Source of the DNA: Polyangia bacterium
Lineage (GTDB): Bacteria; Myxococcota_A; Polyangia; Nannocystales; Nannocystaceae
DNA length: 64,000 nucleotides
Reading direction: 5' to 3'
Assembly (NCBI GenBank): GCA_030429545.1
Contig: JAUIFF010000001.1
Location: 467,599-531,598, forward strand
Shown here: piece by piece, positions 46,863-56,024 of the stretch
How positions within the stretch are numbered: position 1 is the first letter of the stretch
Layout: each line of letters opens with the position of its first letter
Translations under genes and position numbers: made by a program
Notes under the pieces: generated by a model
Told to the model about the DNA's origin: nothing
The model's input: the letters and a program-made list of their open reading frames with translations, nothing else
The model's database searches: none

Positions 46863-48281
46863 ATGACCGATTCAGCCAAGCCCAAGTTTTCCAGCGCATT
46901 TTGGACGGCCAACGCAGTCGAGTTGCTCGAGCGCGCCGCCTGGTACGGGGTGTTTGTTGCCATCACCCTGTACCTCAGCCGGATTCTTGGGTTTTCGGAC
47001 ATCGAGGCGGCAACGCTTTCGGGGGTGTTCTCGGCCGGGCTTTACCTGTTGCCGACATTTTCGGGGGCACTTGCCGACAAGCTCGGGTTTCGCAACTCGC
47101 TTTTACTTGCATTTGCATTGTTAACCATCGGCTACACCGGGATGTGGCTGTTGCCCACGTTGCTTTCGTCGGCTGGGCTAGTCACCTACGGGCGCGAGGT
47201 GGTGTTTACCGGCCTGGAGGCGAGCGGCTACAAGTGGCTGTTTATCCCGGTGATGCTGGTGGTGATGGTCGGCGGCTCGTTTATCAAGTCGGTGATCACC
47301 GGCACGGTCGCCCGCGAGACCACGGTCGAAACCCGGGCCCGTGGCTATTCGATTTTCTATGCGATGGTCAACATCGGGGCGTTTGGTGGCAAGACCCTGG
47401 TCAAGCCCCTGCGCGAGAGTATGGGTAACGAGGGGCTGGTGGTCCTCAACCTGTTTGCAGCCGGGATGACGGCACTCGCGTTTGTCCTGGTATATACACT
47501 TTATAAGGGCAACCGCGGCGAGGGCGAGGGCAAGTCGCTCGACGAGATTTGGCAGGCCCTGTTGGCGGTGCTTTCGCGCGGACGCCTCGTTTTACTCATT
47601 GTCATTATCACCGGGTTTTGGATGGTTCAGCACCAGCTCTACGCGACCATGCCCAAGTACGTGCTGCGGATGGCCGGGGAGGGGGCTTCGCCTTCGTGGT
47701 ACGCCAACGTCAACCCGGCGGTCGTTGTGCTCACGGTTGGCGCGGTGACGTCGATGATGCGGCGAACCTCGGCCCTCACGTCGATGACGGTGGGGATGTT
47801 CATCATGCCGGTCTCGGCGTTTTGCATGGCGGCCGGCAACCTCGTGGGCGGGAGCGAAATTCTCGGGCTCCACCCGGTGGCGTTTATGATGATCATCGGC
47901 ATCGCGTTTCAGGGGTTTGCCGAGAGCTTTATTTCGCCGCGATTTTTGCAGTACTTCTCGGTCCAGGCGCCCAAGGGCGAGGAGGGGCTGTACCTCGGGT
48001 TTAGCCACCTCCACTCGTTTTTGTCGTCGCTGTTGGGTTTTATTACCTCGGGGTTTTTGCTCGAGGCCTACTGCCCCAACCCGCGCACACTGTCGGCCGC
48101 TGAGCAGGCCCAGCGGGTGGCGGCACTGGAGGGCAATGGCCCGATGCCCGAGGCCTACGCCCATGCCCACTACATCTGGTATGTGTTTGTCGGGATTGCG
48201 CTTGTATCTGCAATCGCTTTGGTGGTCTACGGCAAGGTCTATGGCCACGGCGATGCCAAGCCGGCTGATGAGCCTAGCTAG
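46863..48281 (+). CDS. POT/PTR2-family (di/tripeptide:proton symporter-like) MFS transporter
   Basis: The ExxER(F)xYYG-like motif is VELLERAAWYGV. The PTR2 motif is FSGALADKLGFR. There are about 12 TM helices. Confidence 0.6.
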   Translation: MTDSAKPKFSSAFWTANAVELLERAAWYGVFVAITLYLSRILGFSDIEAATLSGVFSAGLYLLPTFSGALADKLGFRNSLLLAFALLTIGYTGMWLLPTLLSSAGLVTYGREVVFTGLEASGYKWLFIPVMLVVMVGGSFIKSVITGTVARETTVETRARGYSIFYAMVNIGAFGGKTLVKPLRESMGNEGLVVLNLFAAGMTALAFVLVYTLYKGNRGEGEGKSLDEIWQALLAVLSRGRLVLLIVIITGFWMVQHQLYATMPKYVLRMAGEGASPSWYANVNPAVVVLTVGAVTSMMRRTSALTSMTVGMFIMPVSAFCMAAGNLVGGSEILGLHPVAFMMIIGIAFQGFAESFISPRFLQYFSVQAPKGEEGLYLGFSHLHSFLSSLLGFITSGFLLEAYCPNPRTLSAAEQAQRVAALEGNGPMPEAYAHAHYIWYVFVGIALVSAIALVVYGKVYGHGDAKPADEPS

Positions 48282-48299
48282 GTTTCGGCCGCCTGCGTG

Positions 48300-48403
48300 C
48301 AATCGCTTTGGTGGTCTACGGAAAGGTCTATGGCCACGGCGATGCCAAGCCGGCTGATGAAGCCGGCTTGGGCCGGCTAGCGGCTAGGTTTCGGCTGCCT
48401 GCG
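48300..48403. repeat. tandem degenerate duplicate of the last ~85 bp of the POT transporter gene
   Basis: Positions 48211-48296 (caatcgctttggtggtctacggcaaggtctatggccacggcgatgccaagccggctgatgagcctagctaggtttcggccgcctgcg) recur immediately at 48300-48403. The copy has a ~20-bp insertion containing an aagccggct/agccggctt inverted repeat. Confidence 0.5.
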
Positions 48404-49421
48404 GCGTTGCTTGTTCTTCTGCATGGGGGAATCGCCCGGGCTCGGCGAGTTGCCCCAGGTGCACAATCCGAGAGCCGGTGGGGCTGACCGGGTCGATGCT
48501 CTTGCCGATCACAACGCCGCGATTGGGGGCTCGATACTCGCGCACGAGGTCGCCAAAAATGTCGACTTGGCGGGCGATAAGCTCCCCCTCTTCGACAACC
48601 TGGGCAAGCTCGGGAATGACCTGCAAAAGCCCACCGCGATCGGTGTATAGCCACCGAGATTTCGCACACAGGATGGGCGCCGGGCCCTTTTTGAGGGGGC
48701 GCTTGGGCAACATTTTCATTTGCGAAAACAGGGCCCGCAGGCCGCCGAGCGTGCGCCGGATCTTTTGTGGCTGAAACACATGTGGGTCGCCGATCTCCAC
48801 CGTGATCGAAGGCTTGCCCACTGACGACACATAGCCGCGCAGGGTGTGGTCGGCCGGCGGGTTATGGAGGATGATCGTCGGTCGCTGCGACATGGCCATG
48901 CGGGCCGTCAGCGGGTCGTCGAGGTCAGCCCGGACATACAGGGTGTTGACCCGGCCAAAGCTGGCGGTGTGGAGGTCGGCGAGGTAGTCGAGGCAGCCCA
49001 TCAACCGCGAGGTCAGCCGGTAGGCATAGGCATTGGGCTCGTTGCCGTCGGCGATGCCCGGCATGATGTGGTTGAGGTCGGTACCGTCACGAAATTCCCG
49101 CTCGCGGCGGACAAGCCCCGGGACATTGAGCACGGGCATCGCCACAATCGCCCCGCGGATCGCCGAAGCTTGGATGTTTTCGACGAGTTTGTGGATCACG
49201 GGGATCCCGTTGAGTTCGTTGCCGTGCAGCGCTGCCGTGACCCCGAACACCGGTCCCGCGCGGTTGCCCTTGATCACGATCACCGGGATCCGGGTTGCCC
49301 GGCCGATGCCGTCGTGCACCAAACTCACCAGAAGCCGGGTGGTGCGGCCGTTGGGTAACTCGGAGATATCGAGCTGGTCGATACAGCGGATATTGGGGTC
49401 CTGGTAGCTCGAGGATTGCAT
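48384..49421 (-). CDS. succinylglutamate desuccinylase/aspartoacylase (AstE/AspA) family zinc hydrolase
   Basis: The family N-terminal pattern is IPVIVIKGNRAGPVFGVTAALHGNELNG, with His/Glu metal ligands. Its 3' end overlaps the duplicated segment. Confidence 0.65.
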   Translation of the reverse strand: MQSSSYQDPNIRCIDQLDISELPNGRTTRLLVSLVHDGIGRATRIPVIVIKGNRAGPVFGVTAALHGNELNGIPVIHKLVENIQASAIRGAIVAMPVLNVPGLVRREREFRDGTDLNHIMPGIADGNEPNAYAYRLTSRLMGCLDYLADLHTASFGRVNTLYVRADLDDPLTARMAMSQRPTIILHNPPADHTLRGYVSSVGKPSITVEIGDPHVFQPQKIRRTLGGLRALFSQMKMLPKRPLKKGPAPILCAKSRWLYTDRGGLLQVIPELAQVVEEGELIARQVDIFGDLVREYRAPNRGVVIGKSIDPVSPTGSRIVHLGQLAEPGRFPHAEEQATPQAAET

Positions 49422-49522
49422 TGTGGAGCGTTAGAGGCGGGCTTGCTGGCGATGGATGCACAAATCGAATTTTCTGCACCCATTGGCCGGCCGCTCGCTT
49501 CCAACCAGGTGAGACTGACGGC

Positions 49523-50536
49523 ATGTCTATCCGCATCGGCATTTTGATCAACGACTTTGATTCGCTCGTTCCGTCCCAGGCGACGGCTTCGATCATCTCA
49601 ACGCTCGCCGCCGAAGATGGCGAAACATGGGTATTTGGGGTGGCCGATTTGGGGGTCAATGCCCGCGGCCGGGTGGTCGCGCGTGGGCGACGATTGTCGC
49701 GTGGCATGTGGCACCCGCAGTCGGCTGTCGACGAACTGCGCAAGGCCAGTAGCGAGACCGTTGTAGTCGAGCAACTACATGGCGTGCTGGTGCGCACCAA
49801 TCCACCCCGGGATCCGCGGATTGGCTTACACGCGACTGCGCTGCAACTGTTGCGGTTTGTCCGCGACACTGGCGTGGTCGTGATCAATGACCCCGACGGC
49901 CTCAAGCTCGCCAGCTCCAAGTTGTATTTGGCACTGCTGCCACCGTTCGCCCGGCCACACACAATCGCCTCGGCGGACCCCAAGGAACTTCGCCAGTTTG
50001 TCCGCGGACGTGAGGGCCCGTCGGTGCTCAAGCCTGCTGTTGGCACCCGGGGACGTCGGGTTTTTCGGGTTGGTCCCGACGAGCAAAACCTCAATGAAAT
50101 TGTCGAAGGACTACTCGAGCACGGCACCGTTGTCGCCCAGGAGTTTGTCCCGGCGGCGACGCTGGGCGACACGCGGGTCATTGTTGTTGGCGGAGAAGTT
50201 TTGGCGATCGACGGGGTTGCGGCAGCGGTCCATCGCGTGCCGAGCCGGGATGATTTTCGCAGCAACATTCACGCCGGTGGCGAGGCCCAGCCCGGCCATG
50301 TCACGCCCGCGATGCAGCGGGTGATCGACGCCATCGGCCCGTTGTTTGTCCGCCACGGCCTGTTCATGGTGGGGCTCGACTTTATCGGCGACGTGGTGTG
50401 CGAGATCAATGCGTTTAGTGCCGGGGGCTTTCCCGACTTCGAGCGGTTTACCGGAAAGCCATTCACCCGGGAGTTCGTAAAACGTGTGCGTACACATATC
50501 GAAGACTCGGTGATGGCGCGCGCACAGGCGGGATAG
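49523..50536 (+). CDS. ATP-grasp enzyme, glutathione synthetase (GshB)/RimK-like
   Basis: ATP-grasp motifs are VVINDPDGLKLASSKLY, SVLKPAVGTRGRRVFRV, EFVP and FMVGLDFIGD...EINAFSAGG. The start is at MSIRIGILIND (49523) within ORF 49295..50536. Confidence 0.7.
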   Translation: MSIRIGILINDFDSLVPSQATASIISTLAAEDGETWVFGVADLGVNARGRVVARGRRLSRGMWHPQSAVDELRKASSETVVVEQLHGVLVRTNPPRDPRIGLHATALQLLRFVRDTGVVVINDPDGLKLASSKLYLALLPPFARPHTIASADPKELRQFVRGREGPSVLKPAVGTRGRRVFRVGPDEQNLNEIVEGLLEHGTVVAQEFVPAATLGDTRVIVVGGEVLAIDGVAAAVHRVPSRDDFRSNIHAGGEAQPGHVTPAMQRVIDAIGPLFVRHGLFMVGLDFIGDVVCEINAFSAGGFPDFERFTGKPFTREFVKRVRTHIEDSVMARAQAG

Positions 50537-50660
50537 TGTGTGTGGGTACAACTATTGTGATGGCTAGAAGCTGATAAAATCCAGAGGATAGTGAACGGGC
50601 CAGTGTGTGCTGGCCCGTTCTTTTACGTGCGAGTCGCTGCCGATTTGTCACGCAAAGCTT

Positions 50661-51494
<834 letters not shown>

Positions 51495-51619
51495 ACCCCG
51501 AGCATAGTCGTCGTGAATTATTTGCGCAGGGGTGGGTGGGCGACACTTTTTGCCAGGTTGTCGGTAAAAGGCCTCATGCCAGCTCACAGTGAGCGAGGCA
51601 AAACTTGCCTGTACACTGT

Positions 51620-52573
51620 TTAGCTGAGGCTGGCAAACCCGACCTTGCCGTGGCCGGGTTGGGCTTGAAGTCGCCGGATAAGCTCTGCTTGGCCCTCTGC
51701 GTGGTAGCTGCTGCGCACCAAAGGTCCGCTTTCAATGTGGTCGATACCGCGACGTTCGGCGTAGCTCTTGAGTTCGGCAAACTCGTCGGGATGGACGTAG
51801 CGGTCGATCCCGAGGTGTTTTTTGCTCGGTTGCAGGTATTGCCCGAGCGTCAAAATCGTGAGCCCGAGGTCGGCGAGTTGGTCGATGACTTCGCGGACTT
51901 CGTCGAGGTGCTCGCCAAGCCCGAGCATGATGCCGGTTTTGGTGAGGGCGCCGGCCTTGTGCGCGTGTCGCAGCACGGCAAATGAGCGGTCGTAGCGGGC
52001 CTGAACCCGGACTTGGCGACTGAGCCGGGGCACGGTTTCGAGGTTGTGTGCAAATACATCTGGGCCGGCATCGAGCACGGTATCGACGTCGCCTAGGTTG
52101 CCCTTAAAGTCAGGTACGAGGACCTCGATGGTCATGTCCGGCGCTTCGCGGTGGCAGGCATAGAGGGTCTCGGCCCAGATGCGGGCGCCACCGTCTTTGA
52201 GGTCGTCGCGGTCGACCGAGGTAATCACGGTGTGGTTGAGGTCGAGCTCGGCGAGAATCTCGGCCACGCGGCGGGGCTCGTCTTCGTCGACGGGCAACGG
52301 GCGGCCAGTCTTGACGTCGCAAAACCGGCACGAACGCGTACAGATGTCGCCCAAAATCATGATGGTGAGGGCCCGGTTGTTCCAGCACTCACCGATGTTG
52401 GGGCAGCTGGCGCTTTGGCAGACCGTGTGCAGCCCGAGCTCGCGAACCATCTTGAACAGGTCGCGGTAACCGTCGCCGGCGGGCATGGGCACGCGCAGCC
52501 ACTTGGGGTGTCGGCGCCTGGGCTGTGGGGCCTCGGTGCGTTGCTCAGAAACCACTGGAAGACGGATCGTCAC
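51620..52573 (-). CDS. lipA: lipoyl synthase
   Basis: The radical-SAM cluster is CTRSCRFCDV, with the auxiliary cluster CQSASCPNIGEC. Confidence 0.85.
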   Translation of the reverse strand: MTIRLPVVSEQRTEAPQPRRRHPKWLRVPMPAGDGYRDLFKMVRELGLHTVCQSASCPNIGECWNNRALTIMILGDICTRSCRFCDVKTGRPLPVDEDEPRRVAEILAELDLNHTVITSVDRDDLKDGGARIWAETLYACHREAPDMTIEVLVPDFKGNLGDVDTVLDAGPDVFAHNLETVPRLSRQVRVQARYDRSFAVLRHAHKAGALTKTGIMLGLGEHLDEVREVIDQLADLGLTILTLGQYLQPSKKHLGIDRYVHPDEFAELKSYAERRGIDHIESGPLVRSSYHAEGQAELIRRLQAQPGHGKVGFASLS

Positions 52574-52645
52574 GCCCGTGCAGGGTAGCGAAGATTGCCG
52601 TGGGTGGCACCCGAGGTCGACTCACACACGCGGCATCGCAACAGC

Positions 52646-55600
52646 TCACAGGCCGGCAAACCTGCGAAATCTGGCGATCCCGGCGAGTGAGATGTCCTCG
52701 ATAATGCAGTAAATCGCCGGCAAAAATACGAGGGTGACAAGCGTGCTGGTGACGAGGCCGCCGGAAATGATGATGGCGATGGCGTGATAGTAGACACCCG
52801 CGAGGGTGGGGTGGTGCAGCAGCATCGGGAGCAGCCCGAGGACCGTGGTTGTGGCCGTCATCAGGATGGGCCGCAGGCGGTCTCGACCGGCACGTTCGAG
52901 GGCCTCGGCCCGGCTCATGCCGGCGTTGCGCAGCTGCAGTACCCGGTCGATCAACATAATGCCGTTGTTGACGACGATCCCGATCAGGATAAACAGCCCG
53001 ATCATGGCTACGGTGTCGACTGTTGTCCCCGTCAACCACATGGCCCAGGGCGCACCAAAACACCCGAGCAGGCAGGTGGCGAGGATGGCAAAGGGTTGCA
53101 GGAAGCTCTCGAACAACGAGGCCATCACTGCATATACAAGCAGCATGCACATGCCGAGGTTCACGAGCATGGCGTTTTGGCCCTTGCGGCGTTGCCTCCA
53201 CGGGGTCGGGTCGCCCGAGCGATAGCCCGGGGGAAACGTGAACGCGGCCATGGCCTTGTCGACCTGCTCGCGATTGACATCGGCTTCGGCGCTGAAGAAC
53301 CGGATTTTGACGGTGACTTGGGTTTCCCGGTCGACCCGCTGAATGAAGAACGGGCTGCGGGCAGTTTCAAAATGGGCGAGGCTACCGAGCGTGACATTGC
53401 CGCCCTCGGGGAGGTTGACCCGGAGGTCCCGGAGGTTTTGCAGCTCGGTGGCCTGGCCCTCATCGAGCGCATCTCGCCGGCTTACAGTACCCGCGCTCAG
53501 GCGCAGCTCGATCTCGCCGTCGGTGGTGTGAACTTGTCCCAGGGACATGCCCTGAAAGGCAGTCGAAACAGTTTGCGCGATCACATCGCTGCGTAGGCCG
53601 AGCCTGCGCAACCGGCTCGGGTCGAGCTTGATGTGGAGCTCCTGGCTGCCTTCGTCGGCCGGGCCGGTCACGGTGTCGTAACCTCCGGCTTCGGGGTTGT
53701 CGACCGAGCCGCGGGGCAGGTTTTTGCGCAGGTGTTCGGCCACCCGGTTGGCGAGGGCCATGAGCTCGCCCATGTCTTCGCCCATGATCGCGATTTGAAC
53801 TTCCTTGCGGTCGCGCGAACGGTTGCGTCGCCAACGGTCCTCACCCACGCGGTAACGCACCCCGGCCTGCTCGGGGAGGGCCTGCTTGACGGCATCTTTG
53901 AGGGCTTCGACCTCGGCTTCACTTTGGGCCGGGGTTTCGGGATGGGCCGAGCAGTGCGCCCACCAGTCGCTGTAACTACAACTGACGTGTTCGAGGCCAA
54001 GCGCGTCGCGCTTTTGCAGCAGGGCCTGCTCGACGCGTTCGAGGTGGATTTTGATCCGCCGATGGCCAGGGCTGCCGACAAACTCAAAGCCTATCGGGAT
54101 GTCGTCGGGTTGTTCTTCGACATCGCCCAAGTTGTAGTTGGCCTGCATGCCCGGGACGATGGCGGAGCCGGCAATGATCAGCGCGAGCAGCAGGGTGGTC
54201 CGGCGAAATCGCAGGCTCACCCGGATCAGGCGGGCGTAGGCGTTGGACAGGATGTCGAGCAGCGGGGTGGGGCGAGGTTTGCTCGGGCGCCGCAGGACCC
54301 ACCGCATACACAGCGGGACCGCGGTTTGGCTGATCACCAAACTGCACAGCAAGACCGTGGCAAACGTGGCTCCTAGTGGCCGCAAAAACGCACTCATCGG
54401 ATCGGCTGGGTCGCCGAACACGAGCGGCAAAAACACGATCACGCTCGAGAGGGTCGAGGCGATGGTGGCGAGTCCGACTTCGCGGCTGCCAAACAGGATG
54501 GCGCGGTGGTTGGGCTCACCGGCACGGGCGTGCTGCTCGATCGCTTCGACGATTACGACTGCGTTGTCGATCAGCATCCCAACCCCGAGCACGAGGCCGA
54601 GCAAGACGATGCAGTTGAGCTCCTCGCCGCGCAGCAACAACACGCCACAGGTGGCCAGGATCGTCAGGGGAATGCAGGCGGCAGCGACCAGGGTGATGAG
54701 CAGGCGCCGGAGAAACAAAAACAGGACGATGACGCCGAGGATGCCCCCGTAGATGCCGGTGTTGCGCAGGTCGCGAAGGGTGTCGGTAATGACTTCGCCC
54801 TGGTCAAAAAAGATCGCGGTCTCGATCCCGGCGAGGGCCGGGTCGTTGCCGAGTTCGGCCAGGACTTCGCGCAGGGCTTCGCTGACTTCGACCGGGCTCG
54901 AGCCGGCCCGTCCGTAGACATCGAGGTTGATTCCACCCTTGCCGTCGAGGCGGCGAAAGGCCCGAACCTCGCGGGGGTGGATACTCAGGTCAGCGATGTC
55001 GCGAAGCCGCGCTGGCGCCGGGGTGCTAGTTGTGGTTGTCGGTGTAGCTGCAAGTGTCTCGGCAGGAGGTGCAACACCCGAGGCCGTGCCGACCGTCGCA
55101 TCGGGGCTTGCGGTTGGCACATCCGCACCGCGGTTGAGCGGGAGCTCGGCGTAGGTCGAAAGTTCGGTCGCCAGCGCGGGGCTGCGCAGGCCCGGGGTGT
55201 CGCGCGAGGATTGGAGCACGCCGAGGCTGCGATTGCGCCGGGCATCGGTCAAAACCCCACTGACGTCGGTGGGGGCGATGCCGTTGCGGACCAGGGCTTC
55301 GAGGTCGAGCGCGATCTCAAATTCGTTGGATTCGGCGCCGTTAAACTCGACGCGGCCGACACCTTCAATGCGCTCGAGCGGGCGCACGATGTGCCGCAGG
55401 ATGTCGTTGTAGCGGGCCGAGAGGTCTTGGTTGCTGGCGATCCGCAGCGACATCACGGGCGCGTCGTCGTCGCGGGCGCTGTCGATTTCGATGGTTCGCA
55501 GGTTGTCGGGGAGATCCGGGCGCAGGCGATCGATGCGTTCACGGACTTCGACCTTGCGAGCATCGATGTCGGTCCCGGCGGCGAACTCCAAGTTGACGCG

Positions 55601-55921
55601 AACCCCCCAGGCGCCACTGCCCACCTGAATCCGCGAAAGTCCTCGCAGGCCCGCAACCTGCTCCTCGATCGGTCGAATGATATCGCGCTCGAGGATTTCG
55701 GGACTTGTCCGGGGCAAGCGAAAGCGAATCGAAACCCGGGGTGAGCTGCGACTTGGCATGAACGCCAGCGGGAGCTCGAACGTCGCGAGCAGTCCCAACA
55801 AGAAGACGGCGATCAGCAACATCCCGACCATCACGGGCCGGGACAGGGCGAGGTCGGCGAGACTCCAGTTGTGGGTCGCCGCCCGCTTGGCATCGGGCTG
55901 CACGTCGAGAGGGTATCCCAT
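52646..55921 (-). CDS. RND efflux transporter permease (AcrB/HAE family)
   Basis: A 1091-aa protein with 12 predicted TM helices, large periplasmic loops and an AcrB-like N-terminus (SRPVMVGMLLIAVFLLG). Confidence 0.85.
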   Translation of the reverse strand: MGYPLDVQPDAKRAATHNWSLADLALSRPVMVGMLLIAVFLLGLLATFELPLAFMPSRSSPRVSIRFRLPRTSPEILERDIIRPIEEQVAGLRGLSRIQVGSGAWGVRVNLEFAAGTDIDARKVEVRERIDRLRPDLPDNLRTIEIDSARDDDAPVMSLRIASNQDLSARYNDILRHIVRPLERIEGVGRVEFNGAESNEFEIALDLEALVRNGIAPTDVSGVLTDARRNRSLGVLQSSRDTPGLRSPALATELSTYAELPLNRGADVPTASPDATVGTASGVAPPAETLAATPTTTTSTPAPARLRDIADLSIHPREVRAFRRLDGKGGINLDVYGRAGSSPVEVSEALREVLAELGNDPALAGIETAIFFDQGEVITDTLRDLRNTGIYGGILGVIVLFLFLRRLLITLVAAACIPLTILATCGVLLLRGEELNCIVLLGLVLGVGMLIDNAVVIVEAIEQHARAGEPNHRAILFGSREVGLATIASTLSSVIVFLPLVFGDPADPMSAFLRPLGATFATVLLCSLVISQTAVPLCMRWVLRRPSKPRPTPLLDILSNAYARLIRVSLRFRRTTLLLALIIAGSAIVPGMQANYNLGDVEEQPDDIPIGFEFVGSPGHRRIKIHLERVEQALLQKRDALGLEHVSCSYSDWWAHCSAHPETPAQSEAEVEALKDAVKQALPEQAGVRYRVGEDRWRRNRSRDRKEVQIAIMGEDMGELMALANRVAEHLRKNLPRGSVDNPEAGGYDTVTGPADEGSQELHIKLDPSRLRRLGLRSDVIAQTVSTAFQGMSLGQVHTTDGEIELRLSAGTVSRRDALDEGQATELQNLRDLRVNLPEGGNVTLGSLAHFETARSPFFIQRVDRETQVTVKIRFFSAEADVNREQVDKAMAAFTFPPGYRSGDPTPWRQRRKGQNAMLVNLGMCMLLVYAVMASLFESFLQPFAILATCLLGCFGAPWAMWLTGTTVDTVAMIGLFILIGIVVNNGIMLIDRVLQLRNAGMSRAEALERAGRDRLRPILMTATTTVLGLLPMLLHHPTLAGVYYHAIAIIISGGLVTSTLVTLVFLPAIYCIIEDISLAGIARFRRFAGL

Positions 55922-56024
55922 GGTGGACGTACTGTGTTTAACAGACTCGCGCCCGAGGTTTGTTGACCCCGGGCGGTTGTCGGAACGTGTCGACCCATGA
56001 ACTGGTACGTTTGGGCCGGCTTCG

